Below, one piece after another: positions 52,576 through 64,000 of a stretch of DNA of 64,000 nt. Under the pieces are notes generated by a model. It worked only from the letters and a program-made list of their open reading frames with translations. It was not told the origin of the DNA and searched no databases. Source of the stretch: Heptranchias perlo (taxonomy: Eukaryota); contig NC_090333.1 of assembly GCF_035084215.1 (NCBI RefSeq), positions 50,344,001 through 50,408,000 on the forward strand. Reading direction: 5' to 3'. Position numbers and translations under genes: made by a program. Each line of letters opens with the position of its first letter. Within the stretch, counting starts at the first letter, position 1.

Positions 52576-53715
52576 GAAGAGCTCCTTTGAGTTTCTTTTA
52601 TTCCGATGTAGTGTACTTTCTGAAGTAACATAGGTGAAAAACAGCTGCTAATTTGTCTTTGAAAGGGATTATCTGGTTTCATCACATTGACATCACATTC
52701 GAATCGCACGGTGATGTTTTGGCAGTGAAATTTTGTATTTCAATACCAGTTGAGTCTTTGATTCATAGTGTTTGGCAGAAAACGGAGTTTGCAAAGTGAT
52801 TTTCAGTAGTTTTAACGAATGAGAAAATAGTAACTTGAAAGTTTTGTGCTTTGTGTTAATGTTTAGAGCTGACAGTCAATCATGGGGCAATCACTAAAAC
52901 CAAGCTTCTAGTGCTAGTCACAGTCACATGGTTGATTGACATCTATTAAAATGGACTAAACATTCTGGTTGAATAGAATTTTAGGCTGACTAGCAAAAAT
53001 GAAACATGTTACTGTATTGTGAATGCTGGTCATGGTGCACACAGGATTAAAATTAAGATACCAGGCCCAGAGTCGGATGATTGTCTGGTACAGGCATAAG
53101 GGGCACATGAACATGCAACGTTGAACTCGGTATCTGTTTGTCTGGTCCGCTGTGTCCAAAATGTGGCTAATAATAAGCATCAATTGGATTGCAAAGCAGC
53201 AATCGGGTGGGATAGAATATTTTGTTCCCGGGTAGGGAGTCAAGCCATTCAATTCAAACACAAATATCTTGTGGATCTTTTTACGGTACACGTTGGATTG
53301 GTGTCTTTATTTCAGTTTGATACATTTTTAATCTCCTTTGTTCCTTCAAGTCAGCAGTAATTCTGAAACCATCGGAGATAATGGTAGGCACGAGATTCTG
53401 CGGTATATCAGCAGCAAACCATGTTAGGCTAATCAGGACCACGTTACATGGCTCGCTTTTATATTGAGTGTTTGTGCAAGAGCAGCTATTTTGCTGCTTT
53501 CTATACCCTGAGGAGGTATATTTAAGGATATATTTACAATTAATCTATTTTTTTGTTTCTGCTACTATTCATCTATCTGTTTACAATAATAATTTCAGTC
53601 GGGATTCTAAGAGTGCGTACTCGCCATAAGGTGCACATTCACTGTGAGGCAAGTATTCAACCGAGGGCAAGTAATTAACCTGGGGCATATTCTTGGGAGC
53701 TTTTGTTCACCGTCA

Positions 53716-53855
53716 AGTACTGTGGGAGAACCTTCACATGGACTGCAGCGGTTCAAGAAGACGACTCACCACCACCTTCTCAAGGGCAATTAGGGATGGG
53801 CAATAAATGCTGGCCTCGCCAGCGACGCCCACATCCCATGAACGAATAAAAAAAA
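53716..53855 (+). mobile_element. LINE family B 3' tail (about 140 bp) with possible AAGTAC target-site duplication
   Basis: tgtgggagaaccttcac...cccacatcccatgaacgaataaaaaaaa. aagtac occurs on both sides. Confidence 0.85.
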
Positions 53856-55289
53856 GTACAGATTAACTCCAAGATGAATGTTCACACAGAGTGAGTGCCC
53901 ATCATGAAGCAATAATGCACCTGTGGCGGGTACTCCCTGCGAGGCTGCAGACTTATTCTGAGACAAGTACTAACCCAGGAATAAGTATTCATCCTGAGGT
54001 TGTACATTTACCTTTGGGGCACACTCAACTTCAAGCTGTAAATCTGTCCCCATTAGACTACCTCTGTCACATACACACCTTCAGGCAGCATAAACCCCCT
54101 CATTACTGTGAGACTACATTCCTCCCTTCACTGGACTACCAGAGATGAAACTGCGCCATAGATAGAAATGAAAAAATAGAAATGGTCTCCCCCCTATCTG
54201 CTGCTAAACCTTTCAGGGATGTCATTGAATGCAACTTTCGAAGGAACAACACTCCGTGCTATGCAGCAGTGAGACATCAGCTCAATGCGGAATCCCCGCA
54301 CTGAGTGACCAATCTGAGTCATGTCTTGCACATTCCCTAGAAACTGGGTTCATTATGGCATTGATGGAAGCCTCCAGACAGATCACCACTCCATCCTGTT
54401 GGTTGCATATAGCGCACAGCACGTGTAAGACTTAATTAAGGGAGAATGGGTATGTGTTTTGGAACGGGATTAATAGTTGTATGGATAAATAAAAATAGAA
54501 ATGATCAAATGCTGTGTGGAATATGATGGTTGCTGAGTTGAGAAATATCATTCCAAAGAAAGAAACTACTTATGAATAATGTGGGATGAAAGATTAGACA
54601 GGTATTTTGGAGTTTTGCTTGATAATCTTTTGATAAAGCAGGATAACTTTGCAGAACCTTTCTTTAGGAGATTAAATGAATTTGTTGGAGTCCACGATGG
54701 AGCGGATTATTTCATAAGATTACTTTCTGGGTGAGGTTCTCACGCCGTTTTCTATCACTTCTCTCACTTTCTTTGTCCACCTAGCCTGATGGTCCTATAG
54801 CTGAGAGGACAGTGCTCGACCTGCACCCAGGCTGCTACGAACGCCTCGTTCAGCCAGCTATGAGGAATCACCAGTAACTGGCGGACTATGGCGCTCCGAT
54901 TGGATTATCACTTCTCCTCCGACAAGCTGCAGCCTCTGCTTTGTACCTTCCAACTCAATGCAGCTCAGATTGGGAGTTGAATGAAAGAGGGCTATGTCAG
55001 TCCTTTGCTCTACACCACAAGTATTCACGTGCTAATACTCGGCATCACAACGCCACCTGTTGTTTTGAATTTCTAAGCAGTGACCGGTCGCTACTGGTGA
55101 GGTTTCTTTATCTGACGGTTATAAATATCCCCATCTTCGGTATTAAAATGGCATTATCTTTGGACCTGGATGCTGAAAACGATGGATTAGTAACATTTTG
55201 TGATTTTCTTTTTCATGTTCTTTTCATCCTTTCTCTCCTCATCTCCCCAAGTCATCAATTCAGTTATTTCCCAAAAGAGCCATCATATC

Positions 55290-55600
55290 TTACCCAAGTG
55301 GCCATTTTCATGCATGAACCCAGTCACTGTGTATTAGGCTATTCCATGATGGAAAGGATTACAGCTAGGCCCAACCCTGACTTCACTCAATGCCCACACG
55401 TGCACATTGTTTAACGCGGATCATTGGGATAAGTGACCAGCTGTGGGAGCTCTGGTTAAATTTCACCCTCCATAACAAGGAAGTGCAAAGGCTAATTTTA
55501 GCACAAGTGCTGCCCTGGCTGAAATCAGCTAATTAATCAACACATCAGGAATCAAATCTGGGATTTTTAAAAATCTATGGCTTCATACCACACCATTCAG
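55290..55600 (-). mobile_element. Family-X SINE-like copy
   Basis: ccaagtggccattttcatgcatgaacc...ctggctgaaatcagctaatt. Confidence 0.6.
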
Positions 55601-56859
55601 CGAACAACATAATTCACATTCAAGTGATGCAATGACATTTCTTGATGACGTTTGTATTTATCTATATTTTACAGACAGTCATTGTCTTTTCAGGCAGTGA
55701 TCATTTGTCTGCTGTCACAGATGAAAATCAGCATTGCTCCTGGCACCTACCTCCTGTTGCTGTAACAGGGAAGTAAGCACAAATGTGTACTATGGATGGG
55801 AATTCTCTCAAGATCAGTCAGGGAAGGCACAAGAGACAGCGCACATCTTAACTTGGTAATGATAAATGACCCAGATAACGTACAGGAATCAAAGTTGTTG
55901 CACGCTTGCAGGATAGCAACGACAGAAATATCCAGTTCAACATGATCTGAGATTCAGAAATAAGGACCAGAAATCAACTATATAATTTTAAGATAAGAGA
56001 ATATATAGAGTTGAGCATCCACATTGATTCCTAGTAATCAAAGTTATGGGGAAAGGTGATAGAAGTCGGGCTTGTTCTCTTTAGAAAAGAGAACACTTTG
56101 AGGGGACCTAATTCAAGTTTTCAAGACATGATGCGGATTGACGAAGAAGCTCCAGTTAAATTATTCACTAGTGTGCAGGATTCAAATCTCAAAGGGCACA
56201 AGTTTAAAGGTAGGAAATTTTCACATTTTGGAATTTCAGATTATACTGTCACATGAGGACCTTGGTGTACTACATGTTAAAATTACTACAGCTGAACTAA
56301 ACTTAGAGCTCAAGGGGTTAAATTCACAGGACAGCAGGACTTGCAGGTGACAATTAAGTGTCAGATGGAGCATATGAACCAGCATGCTGGAGATAGTGAA
56401 AGGTAGTTGACATTTCAGCAGTCAATTCTCTTCATTTGAACTCAACAGGGTTATAGCTAAATTTGGCTAGTGGGTTGCACTCTATTAGTCAGTAAGACTA
56501 AAGACTGACACTGGAGTCGGGCATTTAAAAAAAACGAGAGAGATGTCAAAGTTGGAGGAAGTCAGAAAGCCATGGGGTTGTGAAAAGAATTTAACACAGG
56601 AGAGAGGAGTTAGAAAATTAGCTTTCAGTCAAGCATGATGACCCAACCTATTATGGACTATATAGCATTCATTTAATCTCCAGTGGGAAAGTTCTGCATA
56701 AGTGTTCTCTGATAGCTAAACATAAGCAAATATGACTCCAGATTAAGCATCCACCTGCACATCTCCACTATTCAATCCTACCTGCTGTCCTCCATAGATA
56801 ACAATCCCCTCCTGTTCCCCTTGCCCCAACAGCACAGGAACCATTGGTATTTTAAAAAA

Positions 56860-57735
56860 TTTGCTCATTAGATGTGGGCATCGCTGGCAAAGCCAGCATT
56901 TATTGCCCATCTCTAATTGCCCTTGAGAAGGTGGTGTTGAGCCACCGCTGCAATCCGTGTGTTGAAGGTTCTCCCACAGTGCTGTTAGGAAGGGAGTTCC
57001 AGGATTTTGACCCAGCGACGATGAAGGAACGGCAATATATTTCCAAGTTGGGATGGTGTGTGACTTGGAGGGGAACGTGCAGATGGTGGTGTTCCCATGT
57101 GCCTGCTGCTCTTGTCCTTCTAGGTGGTAGAGGTCGCGGGTTTGGGAGGTGCTGTCAAAGAGGCCTTGTCAAGTTGCTGCAGTGCATCCTGTGGATGGTA
57201 CAAACTGCAGCCACAGTGCACTGGTGATGAAGGGAGTGAATGTTTAGGGTGGTGGATGGGGTCCCGATCAAGTGGGCTGCTTTGACCTGGATAGTGTCGA
57301 GCTTCTTGAGTGTTGTTGGAGCTGTACTCATCCAGGCAAGTGGAGAGTATTCCATCACGCTCCTGACTTGTGCCTTGTAGAAGGTGGAAAGGCTTTGGGG
57401 AGTCAGGAGGTGAGCCACTCGCCACAGAATACCCAGCCTCTGACCTGCTCGTGTAGCCACAGTATTTATGTGGCTGGTCCAGTTAAGTTTCTGGTCAATG
57501 GTGACCCCCAGGATGTTGATGATGGGGGATTCAGTGATGCTAATGCCATTGAATGTCAAGGGGAGATGGTTAGACTCTCTCTTGTTGGAGATGGTCATTG
57601 CCTGGCACGAATGTTACTTGCCACTTATCAGCCCAAGCCTGGATGATATCCAGGTCTTGCTGCATGCGGGCACGGACAGCTTCATTATCTGAGAGGTTGC
57701 AAATGGAACTGTACACTATGCAATCATCAGCGAAT
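56860..57735 (-). mobile_element. LINE family B fragment
   Basis: Minus ORF NILGVTIDQKLNWTSHIN...YKAQVRSVMEYSPLAWMS. FADD lies at its 5' limit. Confidence 0.92.
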
Positions 57736-60700
57736 ATCCCCGTTGGTATCACATATAGTATTTGATCATCTTTATCCATAGCAATCCCTATAACCTCTGT
57801 CCCAATTCCCAACCAGATGTTTATCCAGTTCCTTTCTTAGAGAATTTGTTGATTCAGGGAATGCTGTTGATGGAATGAATGACCTTTTCGCATCCCACTG
57901 ATTTGTAAGCCAATTTAGTATCATTCTGTGTACCTTTGGATAGTACATGAGTACAGTTGTGCAGTTCATCCTCAGCTCTTCACAAATAATCATTTTAACA
58001 AAATGACCCTTAACTATTCAGCAATACTATCTTTCCAAAAATAGTAATTGTTTGAGAATTTCAGCGAAGTTCAGTACTTGCAAGATCAAACAGGAGCAGT
58101 TTATGAATATCATTAAGCTCCTGTGATGCATTACTACTTTGAAGTATATTGCTATATGTGGTATTATATCACTGTGTATCTGTAAAGTTTTTAAAAATAG
58201 CTGAATTCCATGAAATGATGAGTTCTTCTTTTAAACCTCAGACTGTCAACAGGACTAAGGAAATGCCTGTCTCCATGGGCCAAATGACTTTGCTTTTAGT
58301 TCAAACACTGTGATGCCAACATAACATTAATATTACTCTAACAAAGTTTCTTAAAGAACAGAAGTTTTATTACTATACTAACATTATACAACTAAATTAT
58401 ATACTTAAAACATAATTTTAACTAAAACTTTAAACAATTATAGACTTCAATTCTGTTGGGAAAATCTCTTACTCCCACGCAACCTACTGTGGGGCAGGTA
58501 TGACGTGTGAGCTACTCCTTTCCTGCAATAGGGATTGACATTTATCCAAAAGAAGACCTTCTCCAGCATCAGGGCCCTGAAAATACTCTGTGGGGAAGAG
58601 GGAAGGAGAAGCAAGATTTTTGCCTCCCACAATATTAATTTGAGCATGAGGGGGAAGTGAGGGAGAAAGGCTTTCTGTCTGTTGGTCCACTGAATGGACA
58701 GCTGATGCTGTTTGATATCTTAAAACTTCCCGCTTGCAGTAAAAAGGGCAGTAACAAGAAATATTGACTGCTGAAAATATTGGCATTATAATAGTGGGAG
58801 AAACTTTTAAAGAAGGCAATGCAGAATAGGACATAAGACTTCAGATTTTGCCAGGGTTTGGTGCTCCATGGAAAGGGGTTGGAGCTCCTTTATCTTTGCA
58901 GGAATGTTCCACTGGGGAGTTTTATTCAGTCTACCTTATGAATATTGTTGGAAATAAGGCACTGTGGCAGATTCACCGAGACACTTTCTTGAAGTGCAGG
59001 ACGTTTTACAAAAGTTAGTTTACAATATCAAATCAGGGATTTCTAGCTAATGTTATTGTGGCCGATTTAAAATGGAAATTGGCCATTTACAGTGGCACCT
59101 ACAGGTATAACTGGTACTGCAGTTAGATGTTGACACTTTTACAACTTTTCTTTCTCATAAGCAGTGTATGACAGGAACCTTCAATGCATTTTAAATTGAA
59201 TATCACGACCCAGTGGTACCAATCAGATCACTGAAGCTCTCAAAGAGAGTTGTCTGGATTCTAGCCCCAATAGATTGGAGACAAGAATAGATTGCTCTTT
59301 CGCATCAAAGTTGTCCAAAGTTTTAACAGAAGCAGTAGTGGCTGCCATGCCTGCACCAATGACTGCCCATACAGCCTCTGGTTATGGGCTCCCTGCTGCA
59401 GCTCATACTGAAGCTGCCACAGGCTCCTGGCTCGACTGCAGACTCATGTGGTCGTACATTATGGTACTGCAGATGCAGGTAGTGGGCTCCTTTTTGAGCC
59501 ACCAACTGATGCAAGTTCTTGGATACATACTTGACATGAATTAGATGCTCTGTAAATGCAGGACCTCTGAGATCCCTGTCTTGTGGCTCCTCTGTCGAGA
59601 GAAGGCATCTTCTGCCCTTCCTCATCAACAACCTTGTCATCCTCCTCCCTCACCACTAATGCTCTGTACCTCAAGTGATCTGCCATCAATAACACTAACT
59701 AATCCCTCGTAGATGGGTGTTACTGGGCTGGTGCTTGGTAAAGGGGAAAACAATGACACAGTATGTGAGCTAATTATTGGGGGGGGGGGGGAGAGAATGA
59801 GGATGAGGACCTTGGTTCTAGTGACAGCTGCTCCTTCCAATGTTGAGGTTGAAGATAACCTGGAAGGAATTTTTACATACATACAGAAATTGACAAAAGC
59901 ATTTTGCAAACAAGTTGAAGGTTTTAAACCTGAAAGTTATTTATGCCAAGAGATTGCAATTGAGTGCCAGGAATTAATGAGGCTTGATACAAAGACTTTC
60001 CTAAGAAAACTGCAGCTACCATGTCTCCTCCTTTGTCTCCCACAGGTACCTTATCTGCCTGCCCTGCATCTTCACAGCTTTCTTCTTAAAGGTGAGAAAT
60101 ACACAGGCTAGGGGGTAGCCTCTCTCAGTGGCACTCCTTTCTCTTGAATTGTGTAGACTTCTCTTTCAAGAGGAAGGTGCAGAGTGTGAAAGAATCTTTC
60201 CTGTCATTCACTAGGAGTGCCATCCAGGTGTCAGTGAGGATCATTAGGACTTATGCTATTTAATGCACAATGTATTATTATCAAAGCCACTGACTTATGT
60301 CAAATTACAGGGTACTTTGGGATTTTTTTCTATTGTTTTGGGGATCAAATTCCATGATTGTCAATTTTTCTGTGAAAATTGTAAATCAATGGCCTTGAAT
60401 ATTATATATTCTTTTGCCAATTCACTCAATTTTTTCTCTTACCTTTTGTAAGCTGAGGATACATTGCAACATGGTAGACAAGAAGTACCTAGCATATAGC
60501 AGCAATGGGGAAGAGTTGTAGGGTTTAGCAGACCTAGGAGGGGGGGGTGGCTCTTTGGGCTTTGGTGGCACTGGAAAGTGATCCTGGGATTTGGCAGAAG
60601 TGAAATGTGGGTCCTTGAATTTGGCTCCACTGTATTCGGGTCCTAAGATTTTGTAGCAATGCAGGGAGGTGTCCTGGGATTTAGTAGAATGGGAAGGGAG

Positions 60701-60809
60701 AAACCTCAAGCTTATCAGTACTGAAATGTGGTCCTGGTGTTTGTACCTGTCCACTAGCTACAACTAAGCTTTTAGCTTTTTTAAAATATCATTTTAAACA
60801 CCCTCAACC

Positions 60810-61065
60810 ATCTAAACTCAAGGGAATACAAACCAAGTTAATGCAACCTGCCCTCATAATTTAATCCTTTATGTCCTGTATCATTCTGGTGAATCTGTGT
60901 TGTTCCCCCTCCAAGGCCAATATATGCTTCCTGAGGTTCAGTGTCTGCAAACTGAGCACAGTACTCCAGATGGAATCTGATCAAGTCTCTGTACAACTGA
61001 AGCATCACTTTCTCACTTTGTTTTCCAACCCACTTGAGATAAAGGCCAACATTCCATTAGCCTTG
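60810..61065 (-). mobile_element. CR1 LINE internal fragment
   Basis: tctaaactcaagggaatacaa...tatcattctggtgaatct...cagtactccagatg...aaggccaacattccattagcc. Confidence 0.85.
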
Positions 61066-61360
61066 TGAATCTCTTGTTTTTTTGTTTTCTCTTATTCAGT
61101 CATTTTTTTTCCATTTGTCTCTGGTCTTTTACTTCTGTGTGTGTGTTCTTTTGTGATTCTATCTGTGTCATCTTTCACTTTTTTCTCTACCTTTGTCCCA
61201 TCCTCTCTGTTGACCCTTTTCATTGCTACTGCTACTCTTGTTCTCCTCACATTCCCACACCCCTCTTCCTCTTATTGTTCTCTCTTGTTTCTCCCTTACC
61301 TTGTTGCTCTCCCAGCCAGTGCTCTAACCTTTTGCTCTCTTCTCCCTCTTCCCTATCTCC
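61065..61360 (+). repeat. Pyrimidine-rich low-complexity tract
   Basis: C/T-dominated. Explains the F/L/S-rich ORFs at 61065-61422. Confidence 0.75.
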
Positions 61361-61589
61361 ATTTGAACTATGAGTGCTTTAAATTTAAAGAGCCAGTTTC
61401 CCGGTTGCACCATAACCAGTGAAGGGCATCTCACTGTCCCGGGACAGGGAACTGATGATAAACAGACAAGGAGTTAGTCCACACATGTATTATGCATGTT
61501 GAACATTGTCTACTTAGCTCAATACCATACTACGCAGTGGGCTGAGCTATCTATGAGCTATAAAGCATTTTTCTCAATCCCTAATTGTC

Positions 61590-62255
61590 AACTTGGCTCA
61601 GTGGTAGCGCTCTAATTTCTGAACCAGAAGATTATGGACTCAGGACCTAAGCACACAATCCAGGCTGACACATCAATTTTTTTTATATTCGTTCATGGGA
61701 TGTGGGCGTCGCTGGCGAGGCCGGCATTTATTGCCCATCTCTAATTGCCCTTGAGAAGGTGGTGGTGAGCCGCCTTCTTGAACCGCTGCAGTCCGTGTGG
61801 TGAAGGTTCTCCCACAGTGCTGTTAGGAAGGGAGTTCCAGGATTTTGACCCAGCGACGATGAAAGAACGGCGATATATTTCCAAGTCGGGTTGGTGTGTG
61901 ACTTGGAGGGGAACGTGCAGGTGGTGTTGTTCCCATGTACCTGCTGCTCTTGTCCTTCTAGATGGTAGAGGTCGCGGGTTTGAGAGGTGCTGTCGAAGAA
62001 GCCTTGGCGAGTTGCTGCAGTGCATCCTGTAGATGGTACACACTGCAGCCACAGTGTGCCGGTGGTGAAGGGAGTGAATGTTTAGGGTGGTAGATGGGGT
62101 GCCAATCAAGCGGGCTGCTTTGTCCTGGATGGTGTCGAGCTTCTTGAGTGTTGTTGGAGCTGCACTCATCCAGGCAAGTGGAGTGTAGTTTTGAGGGAAT
62201 GCTGTATTGTCAGAGGTGCCATTTTTATTTTTAGGAGACATTAATCTGAGGCCAA
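61590..62255 (+). mobile_element. Deu-domain SINE interrupted by a LINE family B insertion
   Basis: Head ggctcagtggtagcgctct...aggctgacac (61595-61671). The body resumes at about 62186 with tgagggaatgctgtattgtcagaggtgccat. Confidence 0.7.
61677..62185 (-). mobile_element. Young LINE family B 3' fragment
   Basis: Open frame PLAWMSAAPTTLKKLDTIQDKAARLIG...HHHLLKGN. CpGs intact. Poly-T at 61677. Confidence 0.93.
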
Positions 62256-62699
62256 GGTTCCTGTTGCTGATTGCTGTCCACTAACCGATACTGAAACTAT
62301 GTGTATTGGGCATCGGGCACGACTAAATATCCTGCTGCTACTGTCTGGGAGCACAGATGATGAACAGCCATTTAGGGAAGGTTCTGGAGGCTGACCACTG
62401 CTTGTGGAATCATACAAGCAAGTTAAGAAGTTAACAAGCAGTTAATGCCTTCAGAGTATGGGAGAAAATGGCAGAAAAAAAGGATAATCAAATTCCCTAA
62501 AGTACTTTGAAAATCCTATTATCTTGCATCACACTATAATTATTTTACTTGCTCTTGGCTTTAATTTGTTTCTTTCTCTTTCTGCCAATATATATGTACT
62601 TTTAAAATCCAAAATAATTAAGGTTATTATGTGAATCTTTCCTCCTTCATCAGTATTCCCCTCTTGTCTGAAGCTGTTGAATAGTTCCAATATATATAG

Positions 62700-62805
62700 A
62701 GCTGTTCTGATGAAAGGTCTTCGACCTGAAACATTAACTCTCTTTCTTTCTCCACAGATGCTGCCTGACTTGCTGAGCTTCTCCAGCATGTTCAGTTTTT
62801 ATTTA
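62700..62805 (+). mobile_element. Penelope pLTR/tail remnant with minimal hammerhead ribozyme motif
   Basis: Reverse-complement match to 34815-34910. CTGATGA-A-AGGTC-TTC-GACCT-GAAAC at 62707-62732. Confidence 0.75.
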
Positions 62806-63229
62806 ACCTGTTATGTGGCTTGATTTGGCTTCAAGTCTGGGTTTGTATGACTCAGCAGCGGGTCTGGAGGTGCACTATTCAACCCATCCATTGGGGAAGC
62901 TATGAATCATCTTTACCAGAAAAGCATTAAGTGGATGTCAAAGATAGGCTTGGCCCCCAAGGTGGTATTGAAGGACCCAACCCTGGTCCTTCGGAATAAA
63001 TTGCAATGAAACATCACTTACACATATCATTGTCGCTCTTCCCCCTCCCGTGTGAATTTTTTTCTGTGCAACGACAGTGCCCCTTTAACAAAAAATTACC
63101 CTTCTGGGAACTTGGCAGCAATGTTTTCCAATTAGGAGCAAAAGAAGTCACAAGTTATTTATTCCAAGCAATAACAGAAAAAATTAAAAGCAGGCTGACT
63201 TTAAACGTGTTGCATTCTGCTTTTTTTGC

Positions 63230-63520
63230 ACTCTGGGGAGTTGGAGTGGGACCCGGAAGTTTTTTATATATCACATGGCTGAGAGATTTAATAAAAACAC
63301 AAAAATGGCGGCAGTCACATTGGGAGTGTGTTTGCTGCGTCATAAAATAATATGCATGTAAACAAAGAGAGAAGAGAGAAGAGGAAGAGGCAAAAAGGAG
63401 AGAAACAGCAAGCGGGAGGCGAGCGAGCGCTCCGAACGACCCGGGACCAGTTCCAATCATGTCTGGGGACGGGGGACGAGCGCGGGTCCAGGGTGGGGGT
63501 CTCCGGGGGCTCATTGTATC
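63230..63520 (+). promoter_or_regulatory. CpG-enriched promoter-like region divergent from AK4
   Basis: ETS CCGGAAGT at 63253-63260, TATA-like TTTATATA, E-box TCACATG at 63271, YY1 AAAATGGCGGC at 63302-63312, CRE-like TGCGTCA at 63336-63342 and forkhead TGTAAACA at 63357-63364, followed by a GC/CpG-rich tract at 63410-63510. Confidence 0.6.
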
Positions 63521-64000
63521 TGAGTCTTGTTACTGGGCAAGTCTCTCACTGTCCTCAATTGTGCATGGATGGTTACGGGGAGAAGTTTACCAGGTTTTAT
63601 TTGATAAGCATGTATGTATACATTAAAATGCAGCAAGTTATACTTAATGCAAACACCTAGTGTTAGAATAGTCAATGCTAAAATTAAATTGGGGTAAAAT
63701 TCGCAATATTCAAATGTGCGATGTCAATTTCTGGAAGCTGGTGGAATTTTCTTTAAATGTGATTTAAGTTCATTTGAGTTTCACGTGGTTTTTATTTTGT
63801 AAGCGCGATTTCAATATATTTTTCCCTAAAAAATTTGCATTGGTTTTCGATGGGTTGGAGAGTTTTGAAAATGTATTTTTTTCCAGATTTGCATTTTTTG
63901 CAGATTGATGCTGGCTCGGAAGACTGGAAACAGCGCCCAGATCCACCTTGTTTACAGCGAGGGTCGTGCATGGAGAGGAAGGGCGGAGCAGCGAATCCCT

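Noticed and set aside
58480-60250. Cluster of 80-130 aa ORFs as a gene (similarly 49700-50420)
   Set aside because: No coherent protein or splice structure. The composition suggests very old transposon (possibly Harbinger ORF2-like) debris, but I cannot support a specific call.
52000-64000. miR-101 precursor expected from mammalian synteny
   Set aside because: I could not find the mature sequence TACAGTACTGTGATAAC on either strand. The cagtactgtg matches belong to LINE tails.

Overview
Vertebrate nuclear DNA, most likely from a cartilaginous fish (shark), judged from the CR1/Penelope/Deu-SINE repeat content and the protein sequence. The only protein-coding gene I can fully support is adenylate kinase 4 (AK4) on the minus strand. 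It has five coding exons (50979-51123, 40098-40217, 34545-34717, 33406-33524, 20013-20136; 145+120+173+119+124 = 681 nt, 226 aa), all GT-AG. It has a probable promoter near 51.6-51.9 kb and a probable long 3'UTR ending near 16.46 kb. A second, CpG-richer promoter-like region at about 63.2-64 kb appears to face away from AK4. Possible non-coding exons lie at about 3 kb and 8.7-10.6 kb. A large part of the remainder is decayed transposable elements: two families of CR1-group LINEs, an L2, Penelope remnants with hammerhead-ribozyme motifs, a Harbinger transposase fossil, MITE-like palindromes and at least three SINE families. Most ORFs in the supplied track are LINE fragments, their antisense shadows or random ORFs. 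I found no prokaryotic-type system such as CRISPR, and no clearly new gene family. The best leads are the conserved Gln159 of AK4, inverted sister LINEs bracketing AK4 exons 3-4, Penelope hammerheads and a ~350-nt palindrome in the putative 3'UTR. Repeat boundaries were read by eye and are approximate.
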